A stretch of 29,701 bases of DNA from Verrucomicrobiota bacterium. Its GTDB lineage: Bacteria; Verrucomicrobiota; Lentisphaeria; Oligosphaerales; JAFGRS01. The DNA is taken from NCBI GenBank assembly GCA_019136035.1, contig JAGVUW010000553.1, positions 1 through 29,701 of the forward strand, written 5' to 3'. Below the pieces are notes generated by a model. That model saw only the letters and a program-made list of their open reading frames with translations. It searched no databases and had not been told where the DNA came from. The translations under genes and the position numbers were made by a program. This document shows, in pieces, positions 14,162-24,267 of this stretch (within the stretch, counting starts at the first letter, position 1; every line of letters begins with the position of its first letter).

Positions 14162-16294
14162 GTGACTGAGGCCACGACAGCCCGCCGGCCGCCAGCCCGG
14201 ACGCCGTCGCGTCAGCGCGCGGCCCAGCAGGCCCTGATGGTCTTTATGGGTCTGCCGATCCTCGTGCTCCTGGTCACCGCCACCGATGACCCCCAGGGGC
14301 TCTTCGGCACTCAGGACGTCCTGACCCTGCCGGTCGGCGCGCTCCTGGCGCTGCAGGCCCTCGGCGGCCTGTACCTGTGGCTGGGTCCCGTCATCCGGCA
14401 GCGGCCGGTGGCGCTATGGCTGCGTCTGGCGCTGAGTCTGTTGCCGGTGCCGCTCCTCGGTGTCATGTGGGGCCTGGCCTGGCATCTGGCGACCCTCGGT
14501 CTGCTGGTGGTGCTGGTACAGGCGTTCTACCTGGCGCGGTCGCCGGCGCTCGAGGCGGCCGAGACGCTGCGGCCATGGCGTCGTGACCAGGCCGACGCGC
14601 CGGCCGCGCTGGCGCCGCGTTTCGGCCTGGTATGGCGTCTGGCCGCGGGCGTCGGTGTCCTGGTCGTGCTCGTCTCGGGGCATGGCATTGCGCGCACGCC
14701 GCTGGCCTGGTCGGCGGTGCGGGTCTACGTCGGTCTAGCCGTCCTGATCAGCCTGCGTTACGAGATTGCCGATCTGGTGTTGACCGGCCACCGCCGCCTG
14801 GCCTTGGCCTTGGGGCTCTTCCTGGCGTTCAGCCTGGCGGTCGGGCTGCATCCCGCCGGTCGGCCGGCGCTGTTGCCGCTGCTGGGCCTGCGCCAGGCGG
14901 TCGCGGCCCTGGCCCTCTGGCATCACTACGGCGGTGCCGGCGCCCTCTGGCGGCGTCTCACCCGCAATCCCGCCGGGCTGCTCTGTCTCAGCTTCGCCCT
15001 GGCGATCGTTGTTGGCGCGCTGGTGCTGGACCTCCCCGCCGCGGCCAGCGCCGACGGCCCGGCCGTCGGTGTCGTCGACGCCCTCTTCACCGCCACCAGC
15101 GCCCTCTGCGTCACCGGCCTGACCGTGGTCGACACGGGTGCCGCCTTCTCCACCTTCGGCGAGCTGGTGATCCTGACCCTGATCCAGGTCGGCGGCCTGG
15201 GCGTCATGACCATCAGCATCTTCGTTGCCCTGCTCCTCGGCCGGGACACCGGCCTCGAGAGTGAGTCGGCTCTCGGCGCCATGCTGGGCGAAGACCGCAC
15301 CAGGGCGGTCCGCCGGCTGGTCTGGTTCATCGTCGGCACCACGGTGGTGACGGAGGCCCTCGGGGGGCTGGTGCTCGCCGCCGGCTTCTGGCAGGAGGGC
15401 ATGGCGCCGGCACGCGGGCTGTACTGTGGGATCTTCCACGCTATCAGTGCCTTCTGCAATGCCGGCTTCGCGCTCTTCCCCGACAGTTTCGTCTCGCGCG
15501 ACCGGCAGCTCCTCTTCCCGCTCGTCCTCTCGCTGCTCATCGCCCTCGGCGGCCTCGGCTTCAGCGTCCTGCATGGCTTCGGACGCTGCCTGCGCCCGCA
15601 CCGCCGCCGCGGCGTGCCCTGGCCGCTGCACACCCGGCTCGTCCTCGCCGGGTCGGTCCTCCTCTGGCTCGGCGGCATGGCCTGCTTCTGCATTACCGAA
15701 CGCCACGGCGTCCTGGCCGGGAGGCCGTGGCCCGAGGCGCTCACCCACGCCTGGTTCCTCAGCGTGACCGCCCGCACCGCCGGCTTCAACACCGTCGACA
15801 TGACGGCCCTGCATCCGGCCACCGACCTGATTCTGCGCGGCCTCATGGTCATCGGGGCGGGGCCGGGTTCGACGGCCGGCGGCATCAAGGTGACCACGGC
15901 GGCCGTGCTGGTCCTGATCGTCCTGGCACGCCTCAAGGGCCGCGCCCATGGCACCGTCCTGGGCCGCCGCCTCGACGACCTCACGGCCCTGAACGCGGTC
16001 AGCGTCGCCACCCTCGCCCTGGCTCTGGTCGCCCTGGCCTCGGCGCTGCTGCTCCTGACGCAGCCCATCGGCCCGGAGCTGACGCCGGCGATGCTCAGCT
16101 TCGAGGTCATCTCGGCCTTCGGGACCGTCGGGCTCTCGACCGGCGCCACCCCGCATCTCAACACCTTCGGCAAGGCCGTGGTGATCGTGCTGATGTTCGT
16201 TGGCCGCGTCGGCCCCCTGACCCTGCTGGTGAGCATGCGGCCGCGCCGGCGGAGGCCGGTCCAGTACCCGGTCGCGAATGTGATGGTCGGTTAG
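14162..16294 (+). CDS. ktrB: Ktr/Trk potassium transporter membrane subunit with long N-terminal membrane extension (710 aa)
   Basis: Four pore loops with conserved Gly: TATSALCVTGL, HAISAFCNAGF, SVTARTAGF, EVISAFGTVGLS; MFVGRVGPLT; the KtrB core starts near NPAGLLCLSF. Confidence 0.9.
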   Translation: MTEATTARRPPARTPSRQRAAQQALMVFMGLPILVLLVTATDDPQGLFGTQDVLTLPVGALLALQALGGLYLWLGPVIRQRPVALWLRLALSLLPVPLLGVMWGLAWHLATLGLLVVLVQAFYLARSPALEAAETLRPWRRDQADAPAALAPRFGLVWRLAAGVGVLVVLVSGHGIARTPLAWSAVRVYVGLAVLISLRYEIADLVLTGHRRLALALGLFLAFSLAVGLHPAGRPALLPLLGLRQAVAALALWHHYGGAGALWRRLTRNPAGLLCLSFALAIVVGALVLDLPAAASADGPAVGVVDALFTATSALCVTGLTVVDTGAAFSTFGELVILTLIQVGGLGVMTISIFVALLLGRDTGLESESALGAMLGEDRTRAVRRLVWFIVGTTVVTEALGGLVLAAGFWQEGMAPARGLYCGIFHAISAFCNAGFALFPDSFVSRDRQLLFPLVLSLLIALGGLGFSVLHGFGRCLRPHRRRGVPWPLHTRLVLAGSVLLWLGGMACFCITERHGVLAGRPWPEALTHAWFLSVTARTAGFNTVDMTALHPATDLILRGLMVIGAGPGSTAGGIKVTTAAVLVLIVLARLKGRAHGTVLGRRLDDLTALNAVSVATLALALVALASALLLLTQPIGPELTPAMLSFEVISAFGTVGLSTGATPHLNTFGKAVVIVLMFVGRVGPLTLLVSMRPRRRRPVQYPVANVMVG

Positions 16295-16376
16295 CCTGGA
16301 TTACTTGCGAAGCGCGGATGCTTCGCTCGCAATCCACGTGCGCCGCGCTGCTTCGCGTCGCCTGCTCAAGGCTAAC
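16290..16376. other. Structured intergenic element between ktrB and ktrA
   Basis: GTTAGCCT (16290-16297) pairs with AGGCTAAC (16369-16376); inner GCGAAGC (16307-16313) can pair with GCTTCGC at 16320 or at 16350. Confidence 0.5.
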
Positions 16377-16437
16377 CCTGAGCAAGAGGCCGCAAGTGCC
16401 CCGCGTCGGGGGCTGTCAAGACCGCTGGAGGCAACCC

Positions 16438-17190
16438 ATGAGACCCACCACCGCCGTGATCGGCCTGGGCATCTTCGGCAGCGAGGTGGCGCTCTCCCTG
16501 AGCGCCCGCGGCATACCCGTCGTCGTCATCGACGCCGATGAAGCTGCCGTCGAGCCCCTCAAGGACCGGGTGGCGCAGGCCCTGATTCTGGACTCCACCG
16601 ACGAGCAGGCCCTCCTGGACGCCAGCGTCGATCGCATACCGGTCGTAGTCAACGCCATCGGTACCGACCACCTGCAGAACAGCATCCTCACCACCGCCCT
16701 GCTCAGCCGCATCGGTGTCCGCCACATCATCGCCCGCGCCAGCAGCCCCCTGCATGAACGCATCCTCACCCAGATCGGCGCGCATGAGGTCGTCAATCCC
16801 GAACGCGATATGGGCCGCCGCCTGGCCCAGCACATCGCGGTGCCGCACCTCAACGAGATCCTGCACCTGCCAGACAATGTCTCCATCGCCGAGATCGACG
16901 CCCCCGCGAGCTTCCTCAACCACACCCTGGCCGAGCTGGCCGTGCGCGCCACCCACAACCTCAACGTCATCGCCGTCAAACGCGTGCCCATGGCCACGCG
17001 TGAGCGCGCCGCCGCGGCTGACGAGGCGTCCCGCGACGAGGACGCCGCCGGCGGCCACCTCATGGTCCTGAATTTCTCGCCGACCGAGGATCGCTTCATC
17101 CCGGGTGATGTCCTCATCGTTATCGGCCGCGATGAGCACATCCTCCGCTTCGCTCAGGACCTGGCCAAGCCGTCACGGCCGCGGGCCTGA
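16438..17190 (+). CDS. ktrA: Ktr/Trk RCK regulatory subunit (TrkA_N + TrkA_C, 250 aa)
   Basis: AVIGLGIFG Rossmann motif, LDSTDEQAL, ARA..ILTQIGAHEVVNPERDMG; GGAGG RBS at 16427. Confidence 0.92.
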   Translation: MRPTTAVIGLGIFGSEVALSLSARGIPVVVIDADEAAVEPLKDRVAQALILDSTDEQALLDASVDRIPVVVNAIGTDHLQNSILTTALLSRIGVRHIIARASSPLHERILTQIGAHEVVNPERDMGRRLAQHIAVPHLNEILHLPDNVSIAEIDAPASFLNHTLAELAVRATHNLNVIAVKRVPMATRERAAAADEASRDEDAAGGHLMVLNFSPTEDRFIPGDVLIVIGRDEHILRFAQDLAKPSRPRA

Positions 17191-17341
17191 CGGCTCTTCC
17201 TCCTCCAGCCGGGGGTGGCAGGCGCATCCCTGCGCATGTCCCGGCGCCCGGGGGCGCCGGGAATCTGGCTGAAGAGCTGCCCGATCGTTCCGGCGGCGGC
17301 GCTGTACTCAGCCGCCTCCCGCCGCTGCTTGGGGCTGCTTT

Positions 17342-17426
17342 CATCCAAACCGCTATCGGGATCGGGATCGGAATTGACTTCGGCGTTCCGTCGATTTCGA
17401 TAGCGATCCCGATCTCGATTTGGATG
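17342..17426. repeat. Imperfect inverted repeat built of 6-bp ATCGGG-type units
   Basis: CATCCAAA..ATCGGGATCGGGATCGG arm versus TCGATTTCGATAGCGATCCCGATCTCGA..TTTGGATG arm. Confidence 0.75.
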
Positions 17427-17530
17427 CCACATCGCAGCCGGGGGTCGCGCGAGCGCACGGACCCCCGAAACGCCTACCCACGAACCACGCACCCTGGGAG
17501 GGGTGCCAGAACCGGACTTCCAGACAGCCC
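17425..17530 (-). repeat. REPIN-like element, copy B
   Basis: Reverse complement reads GGGCTGTCTGGAAGTCCGGTTCTGGCACCC..AGGGTGCGTGGTTCG..CGCGACCCCCGGCTGCGAT; 29/30 identical to the start of copy C. Confidence 0.85.
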
Positions 17531-17550
17531 CGCGCCGGCGGCCGCGCCCC

Positions 17551-17579
17551 TTGCATTCCTCCTGGGCCGGTGTCATAGT
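17551..17579 (+). promoter_or_regulatory. Candidate promoter giving a leaderless mRNA
   Basis: TTGCAT (17551-17556) - 17 bp - TG-extended CATAGT (17574-17579); the ATG is 7 nt after the -10 box and has no SD. Confidence 0.5.
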
Positions 17580-17585
17580 CCCTCG

Positions 17586-18866
17586 ATGACAATCGATCAA
17601 AAACTAGCTATTTTAGCCGAATCGGCCAAGTACGACGTCAGTTGTGCGTCGAGTGGCACGACGCGTTCCGGCGGCGCCGGGGTGGGGTCGTGCGCGGTCA
17701 CCGGGATCTGCCATAGCTGGTCGGCCGACGGGCGCTGTGTGTCGCTCCTGAAGCTGCTTCTGGGCAACCGCTGCATCTACGACTGTGCCTACTGCGTCAA
17801 CCGCCGCAGCAACGACATCCCGCGGGCCTCGTTGAGCGTGGCCGAGGTCGTCGACCTGACCCTGCGTTTCTACCGCCGCAACTACATCGAGGGCCTCTTC
17901 CTCAGCAGCGCCGTCGAGCGCAGTCCCGACGACACCATGGAGCGCCTCCTCGAGGTCGCCCGCGAGCTGCGGGTGCGCCACGCCTTCCAGGGCTACATCC
18001 ACCTCAAGGCGATTCCGGGTGCCGACCCGGCCCTGGTCCGCCGTGCCGGCGCCTACGCCGACCGCCTCAGCGTCAACATCGAGCTGCCCTCGCAGGAGTC
18101 CCTGCAGCGCCTGGCGCCGCAGAAGTCGAAGCTCGGCATCCTCGGGCCGATGGGCGTCATCCACGACGGCATCGCCGAGTACCGCGCCGAGGCCGTCGTG
18201 CACCGCGCTGCGCCGCGTTTCGCCCCGGCCGGACAGAGCACCCAGATGGTCGTCGGGGCCAGTCCCGAGAACGACCTCCAGATTCTCAACCTCAGCGCCG
18301 CGCTCTACCAGCGCTACGACCTGAAGAGGGTCTACTACTCGGCCTATGTCCCGGTCAGCACCGACAGCCGCCTGCCGGCGCTGCGGACGCCGCCCCTGGA
18401 GCGCGAGCACCGCCTCTACCAGGCCGACTGGCTCATGCGCCTCTACGGCTTCGCGGCCCAGGAGCTCCTCTCGCCCGAGACGCCCTGGCTCGACCCGGTG
18501 CTCGATCCGAAGTGCGCCTGGGCGCTGCGCCATCCGGAGGCCTTCCCGGTCGAGGTCGCGACGGCGCCGTACGAGCGCCTTCTGCGCGTTCCGGGCATCG
18601 GCATGCGCTCGGCGCAGCGCCTTTGCTCGACGCGGCGTTTTGCGGCCCTGCGCCTGGAGGACCTTACCCGTCTCGGCGTCGTCCTGCGGCGGGCGCAGTT
18701 CTTCCTGACCGTCAATGGGCGCTGCCCAGCCGCCGGCGCCATGACGCCGCAGCGCCTGCGGCACTGCCTGATCTCGGGCGACAGCGCCCGCTCGCCCTGG
18801 TGGCAGCCGGACCTCTTCGCCTGGCGTGACGCCCAGGCCGCTCCGGAGGCCTGCGCATGTCCCTGA
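17586..18866 (+). CDS. Putative DNA modification/repair radical SAM protein with helix-hairpin-helix (TIGR03916-like)
   Basis: KLAILAESAKYDVSCASSG, GICHSWSADGRC, CIYDCAYC (CxxxCxxC), GYIHLK, PAGQSTQ, REHRLYQADWL, HhH LLRVPGIG. Confidence 0.93.
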   Translation: MTIDQKLAILAESAKYDVSCASSGTTRSGGAGVGSCAVTGICHSWSADGRCVSLLKLLLGNRCIYDCAYCVNRRSNDIPRASLSVAEVVDLTLRFYRRNYIEGLFLSSAVERSPDDTMERLLEVARELRVRHAFQGYIHLKAIPGADPALVRRAGAYADRLSVNIELPSQESLQRLAPQKSKLGILGPMGVIHDGIAEYRAEAVVHRAAPRFAPAGQSTQMVVGASPENDLQILNLSAALYQRYDLKRVYYSAYVPVSTDSRLPALRTPPLEREHRLYQADWLMRLYGFAAQELLSPETPWLDPVLDPKCAWALRHPEAFPVEVATAPYERLLRVPGIGMRSAQRLCSTRRFAALRLEDLTRLGVVLRRAQFFLTVNGRCPAAGAMTPQRLRHCLISGDSARSPWWQPDLFAWRDAQAAPEACACP

Positions 18867-19621
18867 GCTCCTACCGCTATGACGGCTCCTTCGAGGGCCT
18901 CCTGAGCGCCTTTGCCGAGGCCCGTCTCGAGGACGCCGCGGGGCCGGCGTTCAGTCCGGCGTCGGCGGCGGAGGGCGGCCTTCTCTGGGCGGCGCGCGAG
19001 GTCCCGTTGCGCCCGGCGACAGCCGCGGCCCTGTGGCGCGACCTCGTCAGTGCCGGCGGCGCGGAGGCCGGGCGGACCCTGACTTCGGCCTGGCTGGCCG
19101 AGGAGTCCGCCCTGGAGGGGGCGCTGTACGAGTACTGCTGTCTGACCCTGGAGCGCCGGCAATGCCTCGACGCCTGGGCGGCCCAGCCGGCCATCCGCGC
19201 CGTCCTCGCCGCGGCCCGTCGTGTCGGCCACGAGGTGCACCGCTTCCAGGGCATCCTGCGCTTTGCCGAGACGCAGAGCGGCTGGTACTACGCCGCCTGC
19301 GAGCCGGATCACAACATCATCGCGCTCCTGGCACCGCACTTCGTCGGCCGTCTTGGCGACCAGCGCTGGGCCATCCACGACCGCCGCCGCGACCTGGTGG
19401 TCTGCTGGGACGGCCAGGAACTCCGCCCGGGCCGCGCCCCGGCCGCGCCCCCGGCCGGCGCCGCGGCCGGCCCGGCCCTCTCCGAGGCCGAGGTCGCCAC
19501 GCAGTCGCAGTGGCGGCGCTACCACCGGCACATCGCCATCGACAGCCGCCGGAATCCGCGCCTGCAGCGCCGCTGCCTGCCGCGGCGCTACTGGCCCTAC
19601 CTCACCGAGATGCAGGGCTGA
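18857..19621 (+). CDS. DUF4130 / TIGR03915-like putative DNA repair protein
   Basis: YRYDGSFEGLLSA, VGHEVHRFQGILRF, EPDHNII, WAIHD, RCLPRRYWPYLTE; overlaps the radical SAM gene by 10 nt. Confidence 0.9.
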   Translation: MSLSSYRYDGSFEGLLSAFAEARLEDAAGPAFSPASAAEGGLLWAAREVPLRPATAAALWRDLVSAGGAEAGRTLTSAWLAEESALEGALYEYCCLTLERRQCLDAWAAQPAIRAVLAAARRVGHEVHRFQGILRFAETQSGWYYAACEPDHNIIALLAPHFVGRLGDQRWAIHDRRRDLVVCWDGQELRPGRAPAAPPAGAAAGPALSEAEVATQSQWRRYHRHIAIDSRRNPRLQRRCLPRRYWPYLTEMQG

Positions 19622-19670
19622 CGGGCCCTGCGCCACGGGCACTGGGTTGCTCCGGGAAGGGTGATGCGAC

Positions 19671-19694
19671 CACGAAAGGCACGAAAGACACGAA
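19671..19694. repeat. 9-bp CACGAAAG(G/A) stutter
   Basis: CACGAA at 19671, 19680, 19689. Confidence 0.7.
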
Positions 19695-19841
19695 CGGAGG
19701 AGGGGAGGAGAGGTCTCTCGCCAGGATCGCAGTGAGGATGGCCTGAGGGATAGGAGATCTCCAGACCGGTCGCGAGCGGCGCCACGGCAGCGGGCGGCGC
19801 GCCGCCGCCCGAGCCCGCCCGACCGGCTCCCTGAGCCCGCA

Positions 19842-20056
19842 GGGCTGTCTGGAGGTCCGGTTCTGGCACCCTTCCAGGGTGCGTGGTTCGCGGGTTCGCG
19901 TTTCCGGGGGTCGGGCTCTCGCGCGACCCCCGGCTGCGATCGGGCACCCCTTTCATGGTCGCCAGGTGTGGCGACGGCGCATCGCGGGCTCTACCGCCTG
20001 GAGACCCGGCTGCGATCTGGCACCCTTTCAGGGTGGCCAGGTGGGCGCTGACGCGA
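19842..20056 (+). repeat. REPIN-like element, copy C, with duplicated terminal module
   Basis: Hairpins GCACCCT-tcc-AGGGTGC (19866-19882) and CCGGGGGTCG/CGACCCCCGG (19904-19933); the CCCGGCTGCGAT..GGCACCC..TTTCA..GCCAGGTG module occurs twice (~19929 and ~20005). Confidence 0.85.
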
Positions 20057-20213
20057 GCGTCGATCGGCTTTGTGCGCCCCGCGGCCTGGCTGGCGCTCCG
20101 GGCAAACGCCGCTACATTGAACGACTTGCGCCGGGCCTTTTGCGCCGCGGCGCCGGTACCGCCGTCCATGCGGTCCGTTGTGCGGGCGGGTCAGTGTCAG
20201 GAGAGCGTGTGCG

Positions 20214-22895
<2,682 letters not shown>

Positions 22896-23029
22896 GCGCG
22901 GGAACGTCCGCGGCGGCGCCGTGTCCACACACGGCACAGCCCGAAGCCAGAGACAGCCGGCCGTGCATGGCATGGCCGATGACGAGTGATACAGCGCCTG
23001 CACCAGGCACCAGCGAAAGGCGATGAGAC

Positions 23030-23248
23030 ATGGAAGAGCAGATCCGCAAAGTCCTCGAAGAGCTCCGCGGCCACCTGCAGGCCGATGGCGGTGATGTGGA
23101 CGTGGTCTCGATCGAGGGCACCAAGGTGACCCTCAAGCTCAAGGGCGCCTGCGGCTGCTGCCCGCACGCCCAGATGACCCTCAAGAACGGCATCGAGCGC
23201 ATCCTCCGCGAGCAGGTCAGCAAGGACATCGTGGTGGAACGCGCGTGA
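23030..23248 (+). CDS. NifU C-terminal/Nfu-type Fe-S carrier (72 aa)
   Basis: LRGHLQADGGDV..LKGACGCCPHAQMTLKNGIE. Confidence 0.92.
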   Translation: MEEQIRKVLEELRGHLQADGGDVDVVSIEGTKVTLKLKGACGCCPHAQMTLKNGIERILREQVSKDIVVERA

Positions 23249-23271
23249 ACGCCCCTGGAGGTCCACAGCGC

Positions 23272-23781
23272 ATGAAGCACACCATCTCCGTGCTGGTCCA
23301 GAACCGCTTCGGGGTGCTGGCCCGCATCGCCGGGCTGTTCAGCGGTCGCGGCTTCAACATCGACAGCCTGAACGTCAACCCGACGCACGACGAGAGCCTG
23401 TCGCGCATGACCATCGTCACCCATGGCGATGACGCGGTCATCGAGCAGGTCGAGAAACAGCTCAAGCGTCTGGTCGAGGTGGTGAAGGTCACCGACCTGA
23501 CCGGCAGCGGTTTCGTCTCGCGCGAGCTGATGCTGATCAAGGTGCGCACCACCGGCGGCAATCGCAACGACATCATCCAGATCGCCAGTATCTTCAAGGC
23601 GAATGTGGTCAACGTCGAGCACGAGTCGCTGGTGATCGAGGTGACCGGCCCGGACGAGAAGCTCGACGCCTTCGTCGAGCTGATGGAGGCTTTCGGCATC
23701 ATCGAGCTGGCACGCACGGGCCGCGTCGCCCTGGTGCGCTCGTCCGAAGCCACCGAGAACCTCGAGACTCAGGACACCTGA
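23272..23781 (+). CDS. ilvN: Acetolactate synthase small (regulatory) subunit
   Basis: MKHTISVLVQNRFGVLARIAGLFSGRGFNIDSL..ELARTG; GGAGG RBS at 23257. Confidence 0.97.
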   Translation: MKHTISVLVQNRFGVLARIAGLFSGRGFNIDSLNVNPTHDESLSRMTIVTHGDDAVIEQVEKQLKRLVEVVKVTDLTGSGFVSRELMLIKVRTTGGNRNDIIQIASIFKANVVNVEHESLVIEVTGPDEKLDAFVELMEAFGIIELARTGRVALVRSSEATENLETQDT

Positions 23782-24267
23782 GGCGGCACCGGTCGGTCGA
23801 GGTGGTGTGGTGGCGCGCGGCCATAGGTCATGGCGCCTGTCCGCAGGCGGCTCCCTCGGCCGCGCGCTGCGCGTCCGGGGCAGCGCGCCGCTGCAGCCGG
23901 CTCACCGGCTGCCCGGGAAACGACCGGCGTGGCGCGCCGGAAAGGCCGCCACGGGACATTGTCTGCCGAGGCCTCCCCGTCAGAGCGCCGGACCGAACCG
24001 GCAGCGTGCCGCGCGCCTTCAGGCCGCGGCGGCCACCGGGGTCGCGCCGGGCTGAAACCGCGGCGCCCGCGTCCGCGTCAGCGCGGCACTCTGACCCGGA
24101 GGAGGCGGCCGCACCCCACCGCGATCTTCCACACGCGCCGCTCTGCCTCGACAGAGGCACCGCAATGCCAGGGCGGCGGTGCTTGTCCGGGCCCGGCCCG
24201 GCGGCTATCTTCGTGACTGCGGCCCGCGGGCCTGGTGGCCCGTCGGCCGCAGCGCGAGGAGAGTACT

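Noticed and set aside
14039-16437. c-di-AMP (ydaO) riboswitch for ktrBA
   Set aside because: The conserved ydaO segments are not recognisable upstream of ktrB or ktrA; only a short GCTAACC coincidence.
11630-20056. Genomic island integrated at tRNA-Asp
   Set aside because: No integrase, no duplicated tRNA 3' end at a distal boundary, and no obvious composition shift.
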